Source: Patescibacteria group bacterium
GTDB taxonomy: Bacteria > Patescibacteriota > Dojkabacteria > GCA-002793355
DNA: 64,000 nt
Assembly (NCBI GenBank): GCA_016860985.1
Contig: BOKM01000001.1
Span: 399,462-463,461, forward strand
Direction: 5' to 3'
Below the pieces are notes generated by a model. The model did not search any database, was not told the DNA's origin, and saw only the letters and a program-made list of their open reading frames with translations. The position numbers and the translations under genes are program-made. This document shows positions 9,354 to 18,063 of this stretch, one piece after another (positions within the stretch are counted from its first letter, which is position 1; each line of letters opens with the position of its first letter).

Positions 9354-10325
9354 TTACTGCACAAAGAAGCCTTCCCGCTTCTTTATTGCATCGGTAAAAG
9401 CGTTGAGTTTGTTCGCAACAACGTAGCTAAGTAATTGTGTTGTTGGTTCGCCAATCTCTGCGGCAACTGTAGAAGCGTAGATGCTGTCTCCTGGAGCATA
9501 CTTACTAAAGAATTGAGTCAAAGTACAATTTCCACATTTCCAACCTGTACCGGCATAAGATGAGTGTTCTCCATTATTTATTGCTTTTATATATGCCTGA
9601 AGTGCACCATACCCAGCATTGTAGGTGGCAAAAACGAAGTAGCTTCCCCCTCGTTTGTCATACCTCACCCCACACGCTGCCGTTCCCCCGTATTTTATTA
9701 TCAGTTTATTTTTAAAATCAGTAGACATATTGGTTGAGGCATTGCGAATATTTCCTGGGTTATTGTTCTGGCATGCCCAGCCTAAAAAGCCATGTGTTTT
9801 GTTTGGTTCAAACCGGCAATAGGTACCACTCGTACAAGGGACACATTTCTGAGTGGTTTGAGGGCAGTTGGGAGCGACTGTCCAGGGTTTACTATAATCA
9901 ATTGTCGGAGTTGGAGTCGGTGTAGAGGTAGGAGAGGAGGTTGGCTTTGCAGTTGGAGTAGGAGCTGTCGTTTTGGTTGGGGTTGGAGTCGTTGTTTTTT
10001 TCGGCGTTGGTGTTGGCGATGTTGTTTTTGTCGGGACACTTGTTGGCGTTACAGTCAAGATTAGACTAGAAGGAGTTGGAACAATAGTTGTAACTTGCAA
10101 CACGGAAGCGGTGACCGTTGGCGTAATCTGTGCTACCTTTTCAACCGTATCCTCTGACGAAGCCCCGAAGAGTTGTTTTTTGTAGGGCAAAGCGTACCCA
10201 AACGATTCTGCCATTGAAACTCCCATAATTACTAGTGCTGCAAAAGCATAAAAAACCACGCGTGATACAGATGCATTTCTACTATTTTTTACAGTCATTT
10301 TCTTGTTGATACGATAACTATACAA
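9354..10325 (-). CDS. Secreted protein: signal peptide, Thr/Pro-rich linker and a Cys-containing C-terminal domain
   Basis: N-terminal hydrophobic anchor. A TPTPKKTTTPTPTKTTAPTPTAKPT tract. The C-terminal region carries multiple Cys and Gly/Trp/Tyr-rich segments. No named domain recognised. Confidence 0.5.
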   Translation of the reverse strand: MYSYRINKKMTVKNSRNASVSRVVFYAFAALVIMGVSMAESFGYALPYKKQLFGASSEDTVEKVAQITPTVTASVLQVTTIVPTPSSLILTVTPTSVPTKTTSPTPTPKKTTTPTPTKTTAPTPTAKPTSSPTSTPTPTPTIDYSKPWTVAPNCPQTTQKCVPCTSGTYCRFEPNKTHGFLGWACQNNNPGNIRNASTNMSTDFKNKLIIKYGGTAACGVRYDKRGGSYFVFATYNAGYGALQAYIKAINNGEHSSYAGTGWKCGNCTLTQFFSKYAPGDSIYASTVAAEIGEPTTQLLSYVVANKLNAFTDAIKKREGFFVQ

Positions 10326-10392
10326 GAAATAGCCCTGAACGTGTAGTTTTACCTAGAACGAAACCTGCCACGTTCCTGGGAATGTCAAAACA

Positions 10393-10791
10393 CTATATCG
10401 AATTTCTTTTTTGAGCAATCAATTTCTGAACATACGCAGCTACCTTGGGGGGTAATGTACTAATATCAAGTTCTGCTCTTATCACTTCGTTGGCCATTTG
10501 GCTCAATAACAACGAATCTTGTCCGCCAAGGAATCCAATTTCTACTGCTTCTTCAAGTGATTTGAGCGTAGCTGCTTGATACGTGCTGGGTCCAACTGCA
10601 TTTCGTTCTGCCACGTCCCTATTTGCAGCTTTAAGTCTTCTCCTCCCACGACTCGTCGGAGCTCCTGTTTCTTTTTCTTCTGCGCTTTGGTCTGCTGCTC
10701 GTAATCTAGCCAATAATTCAGGAGTTATTTCCAACTCGTCTATTGGATCGGTTGCTTGCTTTGCTTTTTTGGTCTCTGCCTTTTCCGTCAT
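10393..10791 (-). CDS. Hypothetical small charged protein
   Basis: 132 aa, Lys/Glu/Ala-rich. Starts 4 nt after the DUF2202 gene, suggesting co-transcription. Confidence 0.35.
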   Translation of the reverse strand: MTEKAETKKAKQATDPIDELEITPELLARLRAADQSAEEKETGAPTSRGRRRLKAANRDVAERNAVGPSTYQAATLKSLEEAVEIGFLGGQDSLLLSQMANEVIRAELDISTLPPKVAAYVQKLIAQKRNSI

Positions 10792-10794
10792 ACT

Positions 10795-11556
10795 TCATTG
10801 CATTCTACCACCTCGACGGGCACCTTTCCCCCGAGCTACATACTCTCCTGACATACTATTCGAAATAATCAATTGGAATTCATTATCCGAAATGTATTTG
10901 GGAACGTACTTTCCTCCATTATTTGTAATGAGTTTATTGAAAGAGCGAAGGTGATTTTCCGAACCTCTCTTCAGATTTTCATATACCCGAATAATATCTG
11001 GGTTACTAGTAGATTTCAGTAGATTGTTTAGATCAAAAATATCGAGGTCCTCAACTGTTGCACCAACGATCAACCCATTAACGAGCGATGTTTTACCTAA
11101 TGTAACTAGCTCAGTATAAAGCGCCTGCAGCTCCGAATCAGAAAATTTTCCAATTGAGTTTTGAGCGGGATCATCAATGCCGTATTGAGCAAGAAGGAAT
11201 TTTACCGCGTCAGTATGAGTCTGTTCACTGTTTGATATATTCATAAACACTCTTTGCGACCAATAATCACCGAGAGTCGTATATACATCATGTGCTAATT
11301 TCTCCTCCTCTCGCATTTTTAACAAACCTTCTTTTTCAGCATCAGAAATAGCTAGTTGTTCTCCTGATACCAGAGCGCTAGGAACAAGGTAGTTGTCACT
11401 CGTGATTGGATCACCCTCAAGTGTGGGAATTACTCCAACGGCGTTTAGAACTGAGTTCCGAATAGATGGGCTAACATAAAGGCTGTAACCTATGCCAAAA
11501 ACTAAGACTGCTATAAGCGAAGCAATCAGGAATATTTTTTTATTTTTATCTTTCAT
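10795..11556 (-). CDS. DUF2202 (ferritin-like) domain protein, membrane-anchored or secreted
   Basis: N-terminal TM segment. EEKLAHDVY..W..F.NISNSEQTHTDAVKFLLAQYGIDDP matches the DUF2202 ferritin-like signature. Confidence 0.6.
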   Translation of the reverse strand: MKDKNKKIFLIASLIAVLVFGIGYSLYVSPSIRNSVLNAVGVIPTLEGDPITSDNYLVPSALVSGEQLAISDAEKEGLLKMREEEKLAHDVYTTLGDYWSQRVFMNISNSEQTHTDAVKFLLAQYGIDDPAQNSIGKFSDSELQALYTELVTLGKTSLVNGLIVGATVEDLDIFDLNNLLKSTSNPDIIRVYENLKRGSENHLRSFNKLITNNGGKYVPKYISDNEFQLIISNSMSGEYVARGKGARRGGRMQ

Positions 11557-11593
11557 ACTCTTTATACGTATTAACTAAGTAAAATATTGCATA

Positions 11594-14500
11594 TTATTGC
11601 CCTGCTTGACACAGTGCATGGGTAGAAGTTCCACAAATAAGGTCGACTGTTTTCTCGGTTCCTAATAATGGCCGTAACGTATCAAGCAGCGATGCATCGT
11701 AAACAATCCATTCAGAGGGATACCTGCGATTATCAACTGGCGCGAGATTTCTCTTAAACAAAGGAACTGTATCGGAAGCATATACCCATCCGTGAATTTC
11801 TAGTCGGTCTGTACTTTTAGTCGTTGCGCCTCTTTCTCCTTTTGTGACACGGAGTTGTGCGCTTGAAGTAGCAATAATTGCTGCATCAAAACGGTCAACA
11901 ATAGGTGATCCTTTTCCATCTCCGGCAGGGGGGCGGGGTAAATCGCTTGGAACATCTTCAATTGTTAAAGAAGCGCCGTTAGCAAGTACAAAGACACAAC
12001 CATTACCTGCTCCAGCGGTTTTCTTTACTTGTCCTCGCATGATCAGATTACCCGTCACAAATATCACATTCGCTTTTGAACATGAAATATCGGATACCAC
12101 CGTTCCACCTGATGAGTACAGAATGTTCAGGTCTGCTTGCCCAATACTCGATAAACTCCCTGTTGTTTGGCACGTGCCAGAGCTTTCAGTGTTCATGCGT
12201 TCACAGTTTAGAATAGCAGTTGAGCGGAGCCGGTCATATTCATTGCCAGGTAAGAATGGTACATGTCCAAACAAGTCATATTCAGTTACACCATAGCGAT
12301 AATAATTATCGAATCCTAGCTGCATATTTTGCCCACCAACAAGATGTCCACCCGTCAATCCTGTTCCTTGAGCAGGTGACCCTGCAGTCATAAAATAACC
12401 GGTCAGTAGTGTAAAAGATTGTCTGGTAAAAGGTGCGTACACATTTCGAGTGTTGTCGTTTGTGGTGCCATCGTCCGTCGGGAGTGATTGAGCAAAAGGA
12501 ACAGCTCCACCCTTTGCACTGTAGACATCCCCATACGAGGTTTTTAACCACGGACCAAGAAATACATAAACCTCTTTATTTCTCCCACATCCCATGTTTC
12601 CAGCTCCATCGTAGACACACAATCCCGTTACGATTGAGTTGCCTGCACCGATTTCTTCACCAATTATTGTTATGGAATTCCCCGTTATGCTTTTCCTATC
12701 ATTTTTTCCATCATAAGGGATACCACCAATCTCTTTGAGTGCCCAAGCTCTATCACCAAGTGCTTCATCATCTAACTCCTCTTGCCGAATCATAAATCGA
12801 TTTGTCACTCCTTTGATGCCAGAACCACCTACGTTATCATTCATCGAAAAAGTAGCAGCAGCACCAGTTAATCCTTGCACCGCCCAAGAAACGTAGTTTA
12901 CTGTCGGAGGTATCGGATCATACAGCAACGTAACTTCACCTCCTGCTGGGCACATTGCGCCAAGACATAAATTGCGGGATTTATCAAACTTTAGCCATCC
13001 TTCATCACCTTTGCCAATTGCGTTCCCAAGTGGAGCGCTTACTTTATCAAGGGCACTCACAAATATTGAATATTCGCCCTCTGGCATCCCTTGCCCACCG
13101 TCTTTATCATTAAAATATACTCCAAAACGGAATGTTAAAGCTGTTGGATCTGATACAGAAGGAACTATCCCTTCTCTTTTAACACATGCCGCACACTGAG
13201 CAGGGCAAGTAGAAACAGGTACAGATACTGGGAGTACCGTGGGAACAGCGCTTTGTGATGAGTAGCAGATTAAGTGATTTGCATCCGCTGCAATTGCCCA
13301 ATCGTAGTTTTCAAGAAGTTGTGCGTTTGTTCCCGCGGTTATGGAAGCAACAGATGGCAAGTTGGAATTTGTGCAGCCAGAAGGGGTCTGTTGGCAGTCG
13401 GGAAAACCTTTCTCTTGCCAATCACGCTGACTTGCCCATTGCATCTTACCTTCTTTAATGTTGCCATTACTTCCAACTGTTTGTCCTAATTCATTAATAA
13501 GCGCAAGTGCAGAGAATTGCTGTTTAGCACTCCCCAATAAAGACGGATTAACACAAGTGCTACCTAAACAAGCAGTCGAAATTAAATTCCACGCGGCGCG
13601 CAGATTCACAATATGAGAGTTTTCTTTTTCAGAATACATTGCTTGAATACTATTTCTCATACCTGATTGCACCAAAGGCAATGCCACTACATCCCGGTTT
13701 AACGCTGTTCGCTGAAGCCAGATCCCTGCTTGCATGATATCATCGCTGCCATTTGCATCTCTAACTGTATACTCAACCAAGAGGGGGTTTCTCCGCTGAC
13801 TCATGCTCGTTTCGAATTTTTCTGCACCAATGGGGCATATTATTGGATCATCAATTGTTAATGACTCGCTACAGTAAGAAGCCCTTGCTTTAGTTTGACT
13901 CGAATAGGTTGTTCCCATAATTATTTGTGAACGACCATCAAGAAGATTTCCATTTCCTGTGGCACCCTTATCTTGCACCGCAGTCATTGAGTCAGCATCT
14001 GAAATAACAATAGAGGAAAGTTGAGGAGCTTGATTCTCTACTTGAATTGCAACCCTACAAGTCACTGGAGTAGAAGCGACATCAGGACCTGGCCCATCAG
14101 AATCTTGGTCAGCTATATCTATCTCAAGAAAACCACTACAAAGAGAACGTCCACTAATATTTTCAAAAAGCCCATGAGATTCTCGGGCGTCTACAAGAAA
14201 TTGTGTTGCTTGAGTAATCGCGGCAGGGTTGTCACTTCCATTCCGAACTGTTGCACCTATGAGCGATCCACCTCCAGCACTCTTAATAGTTGCACAAGAG
14301 TTCAAATTGCCAGAAGAGTTCTCAACTCTGACTGCCAACACATTGACCGTATCACCATAATCGTTATCTGAAACGGAGAGCGTAAATGACTTTGGCTGAT
14401 CTTCCCTAGTGAGTGAAATCGACGCAGTATTTATCGAACAAGAAGGTGTAGCATTTCTGTAAAGTGGATCACAATTGTAAGAAGAAGGTACGCAGTTATT

Positions 14501-15226
14501 ACACGACACACCCGTACCCTGGGGAACGGCTCGTGTTCTGAATTTTGTAGAAGACTCACCAGCAGGACAAGCAACAGGCGTACAATTACACGACTCCTCA
14601 AAGGTATACCACATCATATAGTCATTAAAATCGTAGTCACCGCCCCATTCGTCCCAATCGCCCCAACACTGCAAGGGACCAAGAGGATTACCATTGTCAC
14701 CGTTTTGAACCATGCTTCTAAAACTCGTACTGTCTGCAAAACCATAGTTCCCGTCTGGTTTTCCTCGACTTGGAGGGCATGGGCACCCTGTTCCGCAAGT
14801 ATTTGCATACGATCCTGTATTCTCAGTTTTCCATCCAACATTTGGATAGGTACAACTTCCATAACAATCGTATGTTCTTACAGTAATTCGATCAGAAGCA
14901 ACAACGTCCAAGGTCGCTGCTACTCCGGTAGTTGGATATGCATTTTGTATAACACTTCCATTCTTAGAAATTTCTAGCCGTTGCCCTCCACCCATCGTTG
15001 TCCAAATTCGGAGCTTTCCTTGGGTTGGAAACGAATTTATTGTGTGGCTGTTGCCCATGCTCCACAGGGCAGAATTGCATGACACGTTGGGGCCATTTGG
15101 GCAGGCGAATACAGGGTTTGTTGAAGCTATATAAACCGGCACAATAAGCAATACTATATAGGCAAGAATACTCCTTAATTTATTAAAGAGTTTATTTTCC
15201 ATAGAGATATACCCATAAAATACCAT
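11594..15226 (-). CDS. Very large (1210 aa) Cys-rich secreted protein of unknown function
   Basis: N-terminal signal or anchor. A long, uninterrupted ORF with many Cys plus Gly/Asn/Ser-rich segments. No recognisable catalytic motif. Confidence 0.6.
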   Translation of the reverse strand: MVFYGYISMENKLFNKLRSILAYIVLLIVPVYIASTNPVFACPNGPNVSCNSALWSMGNSHTINSFPTQGKLRIWTTMGGGQRLEISKNGSVIQNAYPTTGVAATLDVVASDRITVRTYDCYGSCTYPNVGWKTENTGSYANTCGTGCPCPPSRGKPDGNYGFADSTSFRSMVQNGDNGNPLGPLQCWGDWDEWGGDYDFNDYMMWYTFEESCNCTPVACPAGESSTKFRTRAVPQGTGVSCNNCVPSSYNCDPLYRNATPSCSINTASISLTREDQPKSFTLSVSDNDYGDTVNVLAVRVENSSGNLNSCATIKSAGGGSLIGATVRNGSDNPAAITQATQFLVDARESHGLFENISGRSLCSGFLEIDIADQDSDGPGPDVASTPVTCRVAIQVENQAPQLSSIVISDADSMTAVQDKGATGNGNLLDGRSQIIMGTTYSSQTKARASYCSESLTIDDPIICPIGAEKFETSMSQRRNPLLVEYTVRDANGSDDIMQAGIWLQRTALNRDVVALPLVQSGMRNSIQAMYSEKENSHIVNLRAAWNLISTACLGSTCVNPSLLGSAKQQFSALALINELGQTVGSNGNIKEGKMQWASQRDWQEKGFPDCQQTPSGCTNSNLPSVASITAGTNAQLLENYDWAIAADANHLICYSSQSAVPTVLPVSVPVSTCPAQCAACVKREGIVPSVSDPTALTFRFGVYFNDKDGGQGMPEGEYSIFVSALDKVSAPLGNAIGKGDEGWLKFDKSRNLCLGAMCPAGGEVTLLYDPIPPTVNYVSWAVQGLTGAAATFSMNDNVGGSGIKGVTNRFMIRQEELDDEALGDRAWALKEIGGIPYDGKNDRKSITGNSITIIGEEIGAGNSIVTGLCVYDGAGNMGCGRNKEVYVFLGPWLKTSYGDVYSAKGGAVPFAQSLPTDDGTTNDNTRNVYAPFTRQSFTLLTGYFMTAGSPAQGTGLTGGHLVGGQNMQLGFDNYYRYGVTEYDLFGHVPFLPGNEYDRLRSTAILNCERMNTESSGTCQTTGSLSSIGQADLNILYSSGGTVVSDISCSKANVIFVTGNLIMRGQVKKTAGAGNGCVFVLANGASLTIEDVPSDLPRPPAGDGKGSPIVDRFDAAIIATSSAQLRVTKGERGATTKSTDRLEIHGWVYASDTVPLFKRNLAPVDNRRYPSEWIVYDASLLDTLRPLLGTEKTVDLICGTSTHALCQAGQ

Positions 15227-16559
15227 CGAAGAGTGAACGTTTTATCTGCGTTACCTTTATTTGCTTTAGCATAACATTTGGATCTGAAGCAATTCCTCTG
15301 ACGACAACACCTCGCTTGATATCGTCTCCTTCAATAACGGGAGTACCTTTGTCTGCATTTGCAGAATATACAAAAAATTCATCGACAAACTGCATATACG
15401 ATTTTGAAATCGCATCAATTTGTTTTTGATCACGTTTTTGAATAGCGTGGTAACATGAGACATCAAGGTCTGTCATTTTTTCGTATTGCAAGAGTACGCC
15501 GTTTTTATCATATAAAGGGCTACTTGTTGGTGCAGTGAGTTCTGTTACCGAATCTTTTTGAGTAGGTAAATACTTCATGTACGCTAAAAATACCTTTACT
15601 GCAGGTGAGCTCCAATCTTTTGCTACTAACTCTTGTATTGGGCAGAGTGGGAATTTAGTTTGAGGAGCATTAAGGAGTCCTTGATCTTCAACCGATAAAT
15701 ACACACCATTTTCATTTTCTGCCATAACAGGTTTCTTAAAGGGTATCATTTGCTTTTCTAATTCTGGCAGTACTTGTTCAATAAAACCACTCTCTTCCCG
15801 TCCAATTAAGTATAAACCATACACAAGCCCTTCAGTAAAATGCGGAGATGAATCTTGGTCGCTAGCGTCCTTTATAAAAGGAAGTGCAAGTGCCTTTGCA
15901 AGCGCTAAATCTTTTTGCTTTACCATCTCCTTTCGTTCTTCTGCTGGCAAAATCGTGTTTATGTAATCTTTTGCCTTAACTATTTCAGGTTTTGCAATTT
16001 TTAATGCTTTAATTTGCATTGCAGTATCTTCTTTACCATTAGTTCGAACGGCGATTGCGTGCTTAATTTTTGCAATAATATTGTTCGATTGAATATCTTC
16101 GGCTTCGAGTAAGATTGTGATATTCCGAGGTTCGGTAGATTGGGTATATAACGTTTCTATCGATTTTTCGACACCGTTTTCTTCGTACTTTACACCGACT
16201 TTAGGGATGGACATGAAAAAATCGGGTTTAACCATCTCACTCCCCGTTAACCATGGAAATATCTGAAAATATCGTGAGGGAAAAAGTGAACAATATAACG
16301 AAACAGCACTCTCCGTAGTTTCAACCGAATATAACGTGCATGACGAAATAGTATAGCTACGCGAATTGTCCTTATTCGAAATAGCAACAGCACCCTTTGC
16401 TTCGGTTGAAAGCTTCAGAAATGATGTTGACCAAGAATCTTGATTATTCCACGCTTCTTCTACCCATTTGATAATTTGAAACACTCCAAGTAGGGCAAAT
16501 AGAACAAAAAGACTCCCGACAACAAACATTAACGCTTTCCTGTTGATAACGATCTGCAC
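15192..16559 (-). CDS. Hypothetical membrane-anchored protein
   Basis: N-terminal TM segment LMFVVGSLFVLFALLGVFQII. Overlaps the downstream giant gene by 35 nt. Confidence 0.45.
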   Translation of the reverse strand: MQIVINRKALMFVVGSLFVLFALLGVFQIIKWVEEAWNNQDSWSTSFLKLSTEAKGAVAISNKDNSRSYTISSCTLYSVETTESAVSLYCSLFPSRYFQIFPWLTGSEMVKPDFFMSIPKVGVKYEENGVEKSIETLYTQSTEPRNITILLEAEDIQSNNIIAKIKHAIAVRTNGKEDTAMQIKALKIAKPEIVKAKDYINTILPAEERKEMVKQKDLALAKALALPFIKDASDQDSSPHFTEGLVYGLYLIGREESGFIEQVLPELEKQMIPFKKPVMAENENGVYLSVEDQGLLNAPQTKFPLCPIQELVAKDWSSPAVKVFLAYMKYLPTQKDSVTELTAPTSSPLYDKNGVLLQYEKMTDLDVSCYHAIQKRDQKQIDAISKSYMQFVDEFFVYSANADKGTPVIEGDDIKRGVVVRGIASDPNVMLKQIKVTQIKRSLFDGILWVYLYGK

Positions 16560-16595
16560 AGTACAGTATACAACTTTTTACGGTAACCGCTAAAC

Positions 16596-18029
16596 TTAAT
16601 TCGCCGCTGCTCTGGTCAACCTCTCCATTATTGTTCTTCCTAAACCTTTTCGCGGAAAGGACTGTGCAAAAACAAGAGAATATCGTTTTGCATCGCACTC
16701 CAGCAGTGCCCCAAAAATTGACGCAGCAATTGACGACAAATCCCGTTCACTTCCAAGAATGATCCGATTTACTTTTTTAGGAATTAGTGTCGCGAATTCT
16801 TTTGAACAAAGGATGCAAACACTTTCATGTGGGTTTTCATTGATTACTTTCAATAAATGTGCCCTCCACTTCTTTTTTGAATTAAGCGGCAAAACCGTCA
16901 ACTTCCCATTCGGAGCATAATGTTTGTACTTTGTTCCAGGAGACGAGCGTAAGTTTGTATCGTCTTCACCGGCGATAAGCACCTCATGAGTCGGGAACGT
17001 TGTCTTCAACTCCTCCTTTGTAATTGCTCCTTGCCTCATAATCACTATTTGCTCTTCATTTTTTGGGAGTACAACCGTAGATTCAATACCAAAGGTCGTG
17101 GGGCCACCAAGTACCACATGAGGAACTTCACTACCAAAGGCGTTTATAACATGAGCATGGTGCGTTGCGCTGGGCTTTCCAGATTTATTTGCAGAAGGTG
17201 CTGCAATCGGAACTCTTGCCGCGGCAAGGAGCTCTAGTGCAAATAAATTTGCAGGAATCCTAACTCCAACCAAAGAAGAATGCGCGGTAACTACAGACGG
17301 TAAGTTGTCATTTTTTGGAAGGAGTACCGTTAAAGGGCCAGGACTAAAATGCATAAACAGTGAAGTTGCGAGCTTCGGTACAGTTTGAGCGACTTCGTGG
17401 AGCTGTTCTACAGACGAAACGTGAACAATGAGGGGATTATCTGCAGGGCGATTCTTTGCACGAAAGATTTTTTCGACCGCAAAGGAGTCAAATGCATGTG
17501 CTCCAAGTCCGTATACTGTCTCGGTGGGAAAAGCAACGAGTTCTCCTTCTCTAATTTTTGCTCCAAAACGCTCAAAATCCTGGGAGAGCCACATTAGTTC
17601 GGGGACATTTACGTTCGGTGGGAGAACATTACCATACAGTTGCTGAACCAAGAAGGCAAACACTCGGGAAAAGAGTGTGAGCATATGAACAGCAGCCGTC
17701 GGAAGATCTTCCCACTCAGCGGACTTCACCTTTTTCTTGTTTCCAATTGTAAGATTTACCGTATTCACTGAGCAGAAAAAATAACTAATCCGACTTTCCG
17801 GTATAAGTGGATGGGCACGTTCTGCGATACAGGAAACTATCTCAATATCCATTCCGATATCAGATTTCACTTCTCTTTTAAGCGCAACCTCTGGGAGCTC
17901 TCCGTCAAGAACTTTACCCCCAGGTAATACGGCAGGAACCCCTCTAAACGACGGACGAATTTCTTCGCGCAGATGCTCTACTATTAGTTTTCCTTTGTGA
18001 ATTATTACGGCAAGCGCGACACGTTGCAT
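16596..18029 (-). CDS. Fusion of an N-terminal Nudix-hydrolase domain with L-threonylcarbamoyladenylate synthase (Sua5/YrdC/TsaC) including the Sua5 C-terminal domain
   Basis: Nudix box GGKVLDGELPEVALKREVKSDIG, in which the catalytic EE is replaced by SD. YrdC motifs FPTETVYGLG and KNRPADNPLIVHV are present. The C-terminal ~120 aa resemble the Sua5 domain. Confidence 0.8.
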   Translation of the reverse strand: MQRVALAVIIHKGKLIVEHLREEIRPSFRGVPAVLPGGKVLDGELPEVALKREVKSDIGMDIEIVSCIAERAHPLIPESRISYFFCSVNTVNLTIGNKKKVKSAEWEDLPTAAVHMLTLFSRVFAFLVQQLYGNVLPPNVNVPELMWLSQDFERFGAKIREGELVAFPTETVYGLGAHAFDSFAVEKIFRAKNRPADNPLIVHVSSVEQLHEVAQTVPKLATSLFMHFSPGPLTVLLPKNDNLPSVVTAHSSLVGVRIPANLFALELLAAARVPIAAPSANKSGKPSATHHAHVINAFGSEVPHVVLGGPTTFGIESTVVLPKNEEQIVIMRQGAITKEELKTTFPTHEVLIAGEDDTNLRSSPGTKYKHYAPNGKLTVLPLNSKKKWRAHLLKVINENPHESVCILCSKEFATLIPKKVNRIILGSERDLSSIAASIFGALLECDAKRYSLVFAQSFPRKGLGRTIMERLTRAAAN

Positions 18030-18063
18030 ACCGAATTATACCAATTATCCAGACCTTCTGCGC

